This document shows positions 9,864 to 18,313 of a DNA stretch of 64,000 nt, piece after piece. The stretch lies in the IMG/VR virus record IMGVR_UViG_3300028027_000046; one strand, 5' to 3'. The translations under genes were made by a program, and so were the position numbers. The notes under the pieces are model-generated. The model ran no database searches. It saw only the letters and a program-made list of their open reading frames with translations, and was not told the DNA's origin. Position 1 is the first letter of the stretch. Every line of letters begins with the position of its first letter. This stretch comes from an uncultured virus (IMG/VR IMGVR_UViG_3300028027_000046) (taxonomy: Duplodnaviria; Heunggongvirae; Uroviricota; Caudoviricetes).

Positions 9864-10706
9864 ATGAAAGACATCCGCACACTATATCAACAATACTGCG
9901 AGTCATATTCCATTCCGTTTCAGCACGACAACAAGGTAAATCCATACGACGATACTACCTTGTTTTGTCCTGCGGGTATGCAGCAATTCAAGCACAAATT
10001 TAAAAACCCGGACAACACTACAATCGCAAACATACAATCGTGTATTCGTTTGCAGGACATTGAGGAAATAGGCGACGGTACACACTTGCTACACTTCAAT
10101 ATGCTCGGTTTATTTTCATTTGGCGAGCTAACCATGCAACAAGCGGTTCACTTTTGGATGCGATTCATCGAATCCACACTCGAAATCAAAGTAGACACAA
10201 TCACCATACACCCAGACAAACTAAACGAGTGGAAACACATGTACGAAGCGTACCCTCACCTAAACATCACCACAGACGAGGAATGTATCTGGTCGGATGG
10301 TGAAATGGGTGGTTACTGTACTGAATTCTATGTGAACGGAGTGGAAATAGGCAACATAGTGAACACGTTAGATCAATTCATAGACGTTGGATTCGGCATG
10401 GAACGCCTTGAGCTCATGGCGAATGGCGAACAAGTAAAGTCCGCGCTGGATACGCTGCGAGAAACAATCGAACGCATCATCGACTCGGGCTACAAACCTG
10501 GACCACAAAAGCAAGGATATATTTTGCGTAAATTGCTACGCGAACTGTATGTACAGGGTGGTACTATGGAACACCCATACTTCACACAAGAAGTGGAGCG
10601 TCAAAACAAAGCAAAGGTACGTTACGAACGGTTAGTAGTTAAACATCCAGACATGCCGAAGGAATGGTGGTTTGATACTCACGGAGTAGATTTAGATCTC
10701 CTGTAA
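9864..10706 (+). CDS. alaS: truncated alanyl-tRNA synthetase (catalytic domain plus part of the helical domain)
   Basis: DDTTLFCPAGMQQFK, QSCIR, HLLHFNMLGLFSFG, VEIGNIV, IDVGFGMERL and GYILRKLLR match class II AlaRS motifs; no editing or C-Ala domain. Confidence 0.88.
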   Translation: MKDIRTLYQQYCESYSIPFQHDNKVNPYDDTTLFCPAGMQQFKHKFKNPDNTTIANIQSCIRLQDIEEIGDGTHLLHFNMLGLFSFGELTMQQAVHFWMRFIESTLEIKVDTITIHPDKLNEWKHMYEAYPHLNITTDEECIWSDGEMGGYCTEFYVNGVEIGNIVNTLDQFIDVGFGMERLELMANGEQVKSALDTLRETIERIIDSGYKPGPQKQGYILRKLLRELYVQGGTMEHPYFTQEVERQNKAKVRYERLVVKHPDMPKEWWFDTHGVDLDLL

Positions 10707-10917
10707 AAAAACGTGACCCCCACATATGTATGTCGTATATTGACTGAAAAGACAGGAAAATATTAGCCCAAAGTACACGGGAACGTAAGCAGCGCAAGGC
10801 CGTCACTTTATGTGAGTAAATGGATTGGGATAACCCGGTCGCCGCACACTCGGCTCCAAATCGTATGTTGGCACAAGTTTGTATGTTTTAGTGGTGCTCT
10901 CAGCAAAACATACACAT

Positions 10918-10990
10918 AGCAGGCGGGAGGTAAGGTATCTCATTGGTCTCATAAGCCAACCAAATTCGGTTCGATTCCGAAGCGTTGCTA
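10918..10990 (+). tRNA. tRNA with CAU anticodon (Met or Ile2), irregular acceptor stem
   Basis: Anticodon arm TTGGT-CTCATAA-GCCAA; T arm TTCGG-TTCGATT-CCGAA; AGCAGGC pairs with GC(G)TTGCT only with a bulge. Confidence 0.85.
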
Positions 10991-10998
10991 CGAATAAT

Positions 10999-11230
10999 TC
11001 AGTGAGGTACACTGGAAAATATGCAGGACCTGGGTTCGACACCCAGCACGTCCACCACAAACCGACAATACATCATATATGGGCGTGTATTTGGCTTTGA
11101 CTGCATATGAGGTACGGTATACTGAGAGTTATTTAACGCTTTAAACGGCAACCAAAACCATATGAGCATTGCTGCCTAGTAGGTAGTTTTACTCAAAGCA
11201 TTTATCCCATTTGGCTTAGTTAAATGGGAA
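10999..11230 (+). ncRNA. ssrA: circularly permuted (two-piece) tmRNA
   Basis: The 3' acceptor piece (GGAC-CTGGG-TTCGACA-CCCAG-CACGTCC-ACCA, ending at 11057) comes before the 5' piece (GGGCGTG-TATTTGGCTTTGAC from 11081). G3:U70 pair; TGCATAT/ATATGCA helix 2; tag GNQNHMSIAA then TAG TAG at 11147-11182. Outer boundaries approximate. Confidence 0.9.
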
Positions 11231-11232
11231 CT

Positions 11233-11317
11233 GGAAAAGTGGGTGAGTGGTTTAAACCAACGGTCTTGAAAACCGTCGTACTGAAAAGTACCATGCGTTC
11301 GAATCGCATCTTTTCCG
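11233..11317 (+). tRNA. tRNA-Ser(UGA)
   Basis: GGAAAAG/CTTTTCC-G acceptor; ACGGT-CTTGAAA-ACCGT; long variable arm GTAC-TGAAAA-GTAC; TTCGAAT loop. Confidence 0.95.
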
Positions 11318-11368
11318 CTGGGTCGCACCCTTCCGAACTCTCGTAATATGTATAATAAAATATATATT

Positions 11369-11770
11369 ATGAGAACATGTTCGAAGTGTAAACAAGAAAA
11401 AGAAGCTAGTGACTTCTATAAAAATCGCAAAAACAAAGTCAGTGGTTTGTCATCATGGTGTAAAGCATGTCAATCCTCAGACAAAAAAATACATTATGCT
11501 AATAATAAAGATTACTATATATGGCGTGGTTTAGAAAATAAGAAATGGTTCTACGACTTTAAGAAAACACTAAGTTGCAATAGATGTGGATTTGCCCATC
11601 CTGCTGCATTAGATTTCCACCATATAGATCCATCGACTAAATCATTTCATTTTGCATCCATTAATCCTGTGTTAAAAAATAAAGATGTAATAATGAACGA
11701 AATAGCAAAATGTGAAGTATTGTGTTCTAATTGCCATCGAATAGAACATGCTAAACATTACAACGTTTAA
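11369..11770 (+). CDS. HNH endonuclease with N-terminal zinc finger
   Basis: CSKC...WCKAC; CNRC...LDFHH...CEVLCSNCHRIEH. Confidence 0.88.
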   Translation: MRTCSKCKQEKEASDFYKNRKNKVSGLSSWCKACQSSDKKIHYANNKDYYIWRGLENKKWFYDFKKTLSCNRCGFAHPAALDFHHIDPSTKSFHFASINPVLKNKDVIMNEIAKCEVLCSNCHRIEHAKHYNV

Positions 11771-11857
11771 TACCTAGTGTCTCGGTACGCTCTGGGTTGA
11801 AACATACCACAACGACGAGGTCTCGGTAGGAAGAACGCGTCTGATCCTACCCAAATT

Positions 11858-11930
11858 GCCTCTGTAGCTCAGTTGGTAGAGCATTTGATTTGTAATCAAA
11901 AGGTCGCTGGATCATAGCCGGCCAGAGGCT
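11858..11930 (+). tRNA. tRNA-Thr(UGU)
   Basis: GCCTCTG/CAGAGGC-T acceptor; TTTGA-TTTGTAA-TCAAA; atypical T loop ATCATAG. Confidence 0.9.
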
Positions 11931-12386
11931 CAATAGTACACACCACGCTACCCACTTGAACAGCGTACCAGGGTGTGCCTTTTACCCCCTGTCGATAGCA
12001 TCGGTAGGAATAGCTCCAGTGCTCAAACCATCAGAACTGCCCACTGGACATCCCGCTGCATGGGAAAGCAATGTGTCGCTCGAGCAACCATTGTATAACC
12101 AGCAACACCCCCACCCATACCCACAGACGTGTGGGTTTTGGTTGGGTTTTACACTTTAAATTTATATTGTTATGCTCGTACTATTCATTTTATCTATCGC
12201 ACTAATATTTATGTTAACGTTCATTGCTTCGGGAATTTACATTGCATATGTCGTGTTCAAAACACCAACACTACCAACTGAGGAAGACACACCTGAAAAA
12301 GATACCCGCGAACTATTGAAAGGGTAGTTGGCTATTTGGATATTCATTCGTATATTCCAGTATATTAATAATTAACAATTAAGGTT

Positions 12387-12668
12387 ATGAAACGCAATCT
12401 AAAAACACGTGTGCTATTATTCATGCGCCACAATGGATTTTTGTGTAAAGTCACAAAACCGAAACCATCCAAACAACTACGCATATCCCACACTGTATAT
12501 CCAGACAAACAGATGTCACCCATCGACACTGAAGTATATGTTTACCTTCAAAACAAGAAATCGTCGTACAAAAACTGCGAATTCGACGTACTATCGCGCA
12601 AATGTATATGTGGTGTATCACTAGATAATTTTGGGGCGTTAGGCTGCCCAAACAAAACTACAAAGTAG
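12387..12668 (+). CDS. hypothetical protein
   Basis: AAGGTTATG start after promoter motif; Cys cluster at the C-terminus. Confidence 0.6.
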   Translation: MKRNLKTRVLLFMRHNGFLCKVTKPKPSKQLRISHTVYPDKQMSPIDTEVYVYLQNKKSSYKNCEFDVLSRKCICGVSLDNFGALGCPNKTTK

Positions 12669-12768
12669 AAATATGTATACGTAAACACAAAATTCATATG
12701 GAACTCATGCAAATAGTATTGGCGGAATATATGGCCGGTTATATAATTAGACACCCAAACTAACATAT

Positions 12769-13149
12769 ATGAACAACAAAATACTCCTTATCGACATTGA
12801 CGGAACAATATGCGACGATATCCGCAACGAAGACGCGCATTTATTTGCAACCGCTAAGCCATATGACGGTGCCGTAGAACACATTAATGGTTGGTTTGAC
12901 AAAGGCAACACAATCGTATTCTTCACTGCACGTGAAGAAAAAGACCGCGCAGTAACCACGCAATGGCTACACGACCACCAATTCAAATTCCACAATTTAA
13001 TCATGGACAAACCACGATGCAAAGACGGACAAGAATACGTGTGGATAGACAATCGCCCGGTACGCGCAGTAACATACAAAGGCATATGGAGTGAATTTGT
13101 ACCACAATCACACATGATCATGACCTTTGGAAATATATCCAGTAACTAA
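12769..13149 (+). CDS. HAD-superfamily phosphatase (capless)
   Basis: LLIDIDGTI, FTAR, MDKP and WIDNR motifs. Confidence 0.85.
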   Translation: MNNKILLIDIDGTICDDIRNEDAHLFATAKPYDGAVEHINGWFDKGNTIVFFTAREEKDRAVTTQWLHDHQFKFHNLIMDKPRCKDGQEYVWIDNRPVRAVTYKGIWSEFVPQSHMIMTFGNISSN

Positions 13150-13163
13150 TAAATCAATATACC

Positions 13164-13499
13164 ATGAAATCAGTTTTAAGCAAAGAAAACGTTGTACCAA
13201 CGTTACACAAAGTTATGCAGTACGTAATAATTGCAGCCGCATTAGTAGTAGGATACTTTGTGGGTAAATACACACATAAAATCGAGGTAAACACAAACAT
13301 GTCGAAAAATATATATCGCGACAATCCATACCGTAGTATGCGTTCAACCAAAGATATATCCATTGCTGTGGACGAACACAACGAATTGCTACTAATCAAC
13401 AAGAAATCCGGTAAATACCAAGTATATTCCGATTCAGTAGGTATGTGTATATTTAAAATGTACTCGTACAGAATTTACCAAAACGCTACACAGCCATGA
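13164..13499 (+). CDS. membrane-anchored hypothetical protein
   Basis: One TM helix; ATGA overlap with the SLT gene. Confidence 0.65.
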   Translation: MKSVLSKENVVPTLHKVMQYVIIAAALVVGYFVGKYTHKIEVNTNMSKNIYRDNPYRSMRSTKDISIAVDEHNELLLINKKSGKYQVYSDSVGMCIFKMYSYRIYQNATQP

Positions 13500-14029
13500 A
13501 CCAATTAAGATTCTTACTAGCCGCCGCTATTGTTTTAGTGGCGTTGGTAGCATTTAAGGAACCGGCCCCGGTACCCGTAAAGGACCCAAACGTACTGGAG
13601 CTACCACCATTGCGCTCACCAGTAAACAGAACTGACCCGCCATGTTTGCAAATGTACTACTACATTGAGAAATATGCGGATTCATTTAACATACCAAAAC
13701 GATTCGCGTACGGTATTGCATCGCATGAAACCGGATACAAAGGACCATTCCACTGGAGATACAATCCAGCACTTACATCTAGCGCCGGTGCAGTGGGGCC
13801 AATGCAAGTTATGCAGGCAACCGCAAGATATATCAACCACGAAACAGTTAGTGTATCCAAGTTACGCAACGACATTGAATACAACGTAATGACGTCAATG
13901 AAATTACTGCGTAAACTACACAATTTGTATGGTGACTGGAAAACCACATTTGGCGCATACAATTGTGGCTACCCATGCATCAATGGATACGCAGTACAAG
14001 TATATAACCATCAAATCAATTGGAAATGA
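13496..14029 (+). CDS. lytic transglycosylase (SLT domain) with N-terminal signal/anchor
   Basis: IASHET catalytic Glu; SSAGAVGPMQV; GAYNCG. Confidence 0.88.
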   Translation: MNQLRFLLAAAIVLVALVAFKEPAPVPVKDPNVLELPPLRSPVNRTDPPCLQMYYYIEKYADSFNIPKRFAYGIASHETGYKGPFHWRYNPALTSSAGAVGPMQVMQATARYINHETVSVSKLRNDIEYNVMTSMKLLRKLHNLYGDWKTTFGAYNCGYPCINGYAVQVYNHQINWK

Positions 14030-14274
14030 AACAAGTAATATGTGTCAACGACACAAATCTACCTGAAGGTGCATATGTTGTATTCGACACTGAATACGAA
14101 GTTGAACACGAATACATGAACGCGTTAGATCAGCGAGTATACATACTTAAAGGCGCAGTAAACGAAGGCACCACCAAGTGGGGTATGCGTTGGGTTGGAT
14201 ACGATGCTATGCGCTTCCGTGAAGTGGAATATGCAACAGCAGAACATTCAAACTACAATTACGCATTAAATTAA
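14020..14274 (+). CDS. hypothetical protein
   Basis: 84-aa ORF in operon. Confidence 0.6.
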   Translation: MEMKQVICVNDTNLPEGAYVVFDTEYEVEHEYMNALDQRVYILKGAVNEGTTKWGMRWVGYDAMRFREVEYATAEHSNYNYALN

Positions 14275-14316
14275 AATACTTGGCTCCCTTTGGGAGCCTT
14301 TGTATGTTCATACCAT

Positions 14317-14979
14317 ATGAAAAATATTGTATTTGCACTACTCTTACTCGCCACACCCATATACAGTCAGGACACGCTAGAGCAAATATCGTCCAATTCC
14401 ATTGGCGGTAGTGCTGTAAGCAACACAAAACAAATCAATTTCACTGCCAACGGCGACAATTCACTCAAATACAAAACATATACACTATCCAACCTCACTA
14501 ACTATTCCGTATCGTGGGTAGACAAGAAAGTAGCTGAGGAAATATCCAGCAAAACCAACCTCACCCACGGTAAATGGTTCTGCCTGTACATGTTCACCCA
14601 TTCACTCACACGTAAAATCACCTACGACAATTCTATTGGTGTAGGCTATGTGCACTGGTGGGAAAACACTTCGGTTTCGTATGGCGTAATATATGCACAA
14701 ACCATTTATGTAACCCAACCCACACTAAATGTATTTAGGCACTCGGTGCGAGCCAAAGCAACATACAAATGGTTGGCATTGGAATACTATATTCAACCCA
14801 ACGTCACAAACATACACGATATCATAATCACTGGATATACCAAAGTAAATTTATTTCGTGGTAAAAAAATTGGGCTTTCCGTAGTAGATGTCGTAAATTT
14901 CAGGAGTACAAGCACCACCAAATTAATACACACAATTAGTTTAACCGTAAACATTAATATTAAATCCAAAGTTATATGA
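14317..14979 (+). CDS. secreted, possibly outer-membrane beta-strand protein
   Basis: Signal peptide MKNIVFALLLLATPIYSQ; alternating amphipathic strands. Confidence 0.5.
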   Translation: MKNIVFALLLLATPIYSQDTLEQISSNSIGGSAVSNTKQINFTANGDNSLKYKTYTLSNLTNYSVSWVDKKVAEEISSKTNLTHGKWFCLYMFTHSLTRKITYDNSIGVGYVHWWENTSVSYGVIYAQTIYVTQPTLNVFRHSVRAKATYKWLALEYYIQPNVTNIHDIIITGYTKVNLFRGKKIGLSVVDVVNFRSTSTTKLIHTISLTVNINIKSKVI

Positions 14980-15770
14980 AAAAAATTATTGTAAGTCATG
15001 AAACCCCATTTTGCCTGTTGGGTAATAGTTTAAAATTTAACGACTATCAGTACTGCCTCCCCCACCTAATGGAGCAAAACGAGCAATATCGTGAGCACTT
15101 CATGCAATGTAAAGCAGACAGCATCGAAATATACCTCGACAATTCATTGCACGAACTTGGCGCCAGTGTATCCGATGAATTACTCACTAAATGGGTGAAC
15201 ATACTAGAGCCATCTACATTCTTCGTCCCAGACGCGTGGGAAGACTACGATACCTCCGTTGTAAACGCGAGACGATGGTCAAACATAGCAGTACCCGAGA
15301 CAACCACTAAAACAGCAGTAATCCAAGCAAAATCGCTACATGAGGCTATGTTGTGTGTACAAGCATACCGTGATTTAGGCTACAAGAAATTCGCATTTTC
15401 GTACGGTGCATCATACTACAACGAGTTATGCCCTGCATTAAATCCAGACTTTGGTAAAGCAATAGGCCGTTTCATTGCCATTTCCCGCATGTACGAAGAA
15501 GGTATATTGTTGGGTAGTGACCGTGTACATTTACTTGGTACGGCATGGCCAGCTGAATTCTCGCTATACAAAGACATGCCATTCATCGAGTCACTGGATA
15601 CATCAAACCCAATTATGGCTGCGTTAGATGGTACTGTATACGATGAATCCGGTGTATATCGTAAACCAAAAGCAAACATGAACAACTACCAGGACATACC
15701 ACTTGAGGACATCAATATTCATTTAGTTGAATACAATGTAATGAAATTTCGTTCAATTAATGGACTTTAA
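14976..15770 (+). CDS. DpdA/TGT-like 7-deazaguanine transglycosylase
   Basis: YLDNS, VPD, AVIQ, VHLLG and SLDTSNP follow the TGT barrel motif order; no Zn site; next to queC/D/E and folE. Confidence 0.7.
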   Translation: MKKIIVSHETPFCLLGNSLKFNDYQYCLPHLMEQNEQYREHFMQCKADSIEIYLDNSLHELGASVSDELLTKWVNILEPSTFFVPDAWEDYDTSVVNARRWSNIAVPETTTKTAVIQAKSLHEAMLCVQAYRDLGYKKFAFSYGASYYNELCPALNPDFGKAIGRFIAISRMYEEGILLGSDRVHLLGTAWPAEFSLYKDMPFIESLDTSNPIMAALDGTVYDESGVYRKPKANMNNYQDIPLEDINIHLVEYNVMKFRSINGL

Positions 15771-15771
15771 T

Positions 15772-15800
15772 TTGGATACCTCAAATCCAATTCGTATATT
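15772..15800 (+). promoter_or_regulatory. promoter class 1, TTG(G/T)-N18-GTATATT (example; about 20 copies in the window)
   Basis: Exact 18-nt spacer counted at 6461, 7568, 12328, 15772, 17562, 21898, 23956, 27528, 32177, 35409, 42690, 48667, 54054, 56969, 58450 and 59139. Confidence 0.85.
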
Positions 15801-15827
15801 CAATCATATTTAAAAACAATAAAAGTT

Positions 15828-16085
15828 ATGGAACCAAGAGAAACATTTTTGTCATTGTATGACTATTTAGGAAAAGCAGCTGGACCTGAATTAGGAAAAA
15901 AAGTAGCGGCAGCGGCTTACAAAAGCAAAATTTACCCAAAACAACGTCCTGTATCTAACCCAAACTATACCGGTATGGTATTTTTGTACCCGAAGGACTT
16001 CTTGGACGCATTTTTTGCTGAACCAGACCCAATGGACGATGCTACGTTAGGTGATTTACAAGACTATTATTCATTAAACAAATAG
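15828..16085 (+). CDS. hypothetical protein
   Basis: 85 aa with its own promoter motif. Confidence 0.65.
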   Translation: MEPRETFLSLYDYLGKAAGPELGKKVAAAAYKSKIYPKQRPVSNPNYTGMVFLYPKDFLDAFFAEPDPMDDATLGDLQDYYSLNK

Positions 16086-16089
16086 AGCC

Positions 16090-16371
16090 ATGCCAGAATT
16101 AACTAAATACAGCCAATTTGTAGACGTTGATGTTGAAATTGACGTAGATGAATTTTTAGACGCATGCTCCACACACGAAATAAACGAGGTAGTGGAGTGG
16201 TTGCAAAACGGTGACTATATTAAAATGTCACATTTAATTAATGACTCTCGCATGTCCATGGGTGATCTCGAATACATCAAAATCATAAACAAACTAACCG
16301 ATCCTATGGTTCGCTTCCGTTTAAGCGAGGAAGAAATGTGTATATTGCAACAAATATCAGATAAATTATGA
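16090..16371 (+). CDS. hypothetical protein
   Basis: 93-aa acidic ORF coupled to queC. Confidence 0.65.
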   Translation: MPELTKYSQFVDVDVEIDVDEFLDACSTHEINEVVEWLQNGDYIKMSHLINDSRMSMGDLEYIKIINKLTDPMVRFRLSEEEMCILQQISDKL

Positions 16372-17075
16372 AAAAAGGAAAAGCAATTGTAGTATTTTCG
16401 GGTGGACAAGATTCTACTACATGCCTATACTGGGCATTAAACAGATACGAAACCGTAGAAGCCATTACATTCCAGTATGGGCAAAAACATTCAATCGAGG
16501 TTGAACAATCCATTAAAATATTGGAAAAAACCGGAGTAAAACAAGTTGTGGTTAATTTAGACCAATCGTTGGGTTACTTAGCAGAAAGTGCACTTACATC
16601 CAATGGTGATGTATCCCAAATCAATAAGTATGGTTTACCATCCTCGTTTGTACCGGGTAGAAACGGTATATTTCTGTACAATGCATATGTTTATGCGTTA
16701 AAAACTAATACGGATGCGTTAGTGACGGGAGTTTGTCAAACTGACTATAGCGGTTACCCTGATTGCAGACGTGATTTCGTTGATTCATTGCTTGAAACAA
16801 TGAACTTGGGTGTATTTGGAGAAAAAGCATCTGGTTTATCCATCGAAACACCATTAATGTACTTAGACAAAGCAGATACATTCAAATTAGCATTAGACGA
16901 GGGATGTTTAGACGACGTAATTTCATTGTCCCACACATGCTACAATGGAGAAAGAACATACCAACACGAGTGGGGATTCAGCTCAGAGCAAGGCACACCA
17001 GAAGACCCATTCTGCCCAGCATGTGAATTGAGAGCAAAAGGGTGGGACGAGTTCAAAACTAGATACAATTACTAA
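16368..17075 (+). CDS. queC: 7-cyano-7-deazaguanine synthase
   Basis: SGGQDS PP-loop, YGQKH, VPGRN, YPDCR, TCY...CPAC. Confidence 0.95.
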   Translation: MKKGKAIVVFSGGQDSTTCLYWALNRYETVEAITFQYGQKHSIEVEQSIKILEKTGVKQVVVNLDQSLGYLAESALTSNGDVSQINKYGLPSSFVPGRNGIFLYNAYVYALKTNTDALVTGVCQTDYSGYPDCRRDFVDSLLETMNLGVFGEKASGLSIETPLMYLDKADTFKLALDEGCLDDVISLSHTCYNGERTYQHEWGFSSEQGTPEDPFCPACELRAKGWDEFKTRYNY

Positions 17076-17086
17076 ACATACAATAC

Positions 17087-17410
17087 ATGATTGTCCGAAG
17101 TAACACAATGTTGTTTATTTTTGGTTTATTTTTAGGAAAAATGGGTAAACATATAACTGCACTAGCATTTTACCCATTTATTTTTGTATCAAAAGATGCA
17201 ACCGTAACACCTCAACTAATCAACCATGAACGTATACATTTGAGACAGCAAATAGAAATGTTAATTTTGCCATTTTATATTTGGTATTTAGTTGAATACT
17301 ACACCAAAGGCTACTGGAGCATATCATTTGAGCGAGAAGCATATAGGAACCAGGACAACCCACACTATTTAACCAATCGACCAATATTTAACTTCACTAA
17401 ACATATATAA
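17087..17410 (+). CDS. small HExxH membrane protein
   Basis: NHERIHLRQQ...SFEREAY. Confidence 0.7.
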   Translation: MIVRSNTMLFIFGLFLGKMGKHITALAFYPFIFVSKDATVTPQLINHERIHLRQQIEMLILPFYIWYLVEYYTKGYWSISFEREAYRNQDNPHYLTNRPIFNFTKHI

Positions 17411-17641
17411 ACAATGAAACACCCAGATCCAAAATTACACCAACTAGTTAGCTTCGTGAAATCCGGAGTACGCATCATCGGATACACATTTATCCCATTC
17501 TCACTAACATATGCAACAGCGGCATTAATAGTATCTGAATTAATAGGAATTGCAGAGGAACTTGTCTAGCCAAACATCCATTCGTATATTCCAGCATAAA
17601 GCAAGTAAAACGAAATGGTTTTACTTTAAAATAAAGGTTGT

Positions 17642-18310
17642 ATGAAAGTATGGTTTTGTGTTGTAGCTATATTAGCTACCATGGGTTGCAAGAAAGTAGA
17701 AGTCGACCCTTACCCATTCGTAAATGGGAAACAGTCCAAATTAACAATGAAATATGAACAGGACATCAACGGGTACTATTTAGTACCCATTGATTCCAAT
17801 TCAAATTCAAACCGTGTGGACTTATACGTAGAGGCATCCGAATTAATAGACCACTACAAATACAATGGTGTGTCGGTAATTGAGGCAGAATTTGACTGTA
17901 GCTCATACTGGGTACTAGGTATACTTGGAAGCGATTTAGGTATCGTTTTACCACTATACCAACCATTTGGGAGCTACCATTTCCCATCCGGTAAACCAAT
18001 TGCCGTAGCAGACACCATGATGCCACTGGACCAATTCAAAAACTCCATGGTTCCCATGGTCACCAAATACGGAATATACTTGAAAGAATACTTTGGTGGC
18101 GACATGTACAAACCAGCAGACGAATATAAACCTGAACCAGGCATGCTTTGGAGCAAGAAAATTGCTGGACCTATACCAGGATATTTTGTTGGCGATACTA
18201 TTTCCGTATATTCCAAAATATTTTGGGATTGTAGTAACTGGTCAGTTACTCACCCAAAACAAACATTTCAAACCAATTCAATTAAAATTATATTTAAATC
18301 TAAACAATAG
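17642..18310 (+). CDS. lipoprotein
   Basis: Lipobox ATMGC followed by KKVE. Confidence 0.7.
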   Translation: MKVWFCVVAILATMGCKKVEVDPYPFVNGKQSKLTMKYEQDINGYYLVPIDSNSNSNRVDLYVEASELIDHYKYNGVSVIEAEFDCSSYWVLGILGSDLGIVLPLYQPFGSYHFPSGKPIAVADTMMPLDQFKNSMVPMVTKYGIYLKEYFGGDMYKPADEYKPEPGMLWSKKIAGPIPGYFVGDTISVYSKIFWDCSNWSVTHPKQTFQTNSIKIIFKSKQ

Positions 18311-18313
18311 CAT

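Noticed and set aside
10770..10802. SRP RNA (GGAA tetraloop followed by AGCAG)
   Set aside because: The 5' CAGG half of the symmetric loop and the long enclosing helix are missing; kept only as an unassigned structured RNA.
10803..11100. ORFs 10803..11060 (-) and 10879..11100 (+)
   Set aside because: They overlap the tRNA and tmRNA genes and have no protein-like features.
14245..14274. C-terminal NYNYALN resembling an ssrA degradation tag
   Set aside because: It lacks the terminal Ala-Ala and such a short match can arise by chance.
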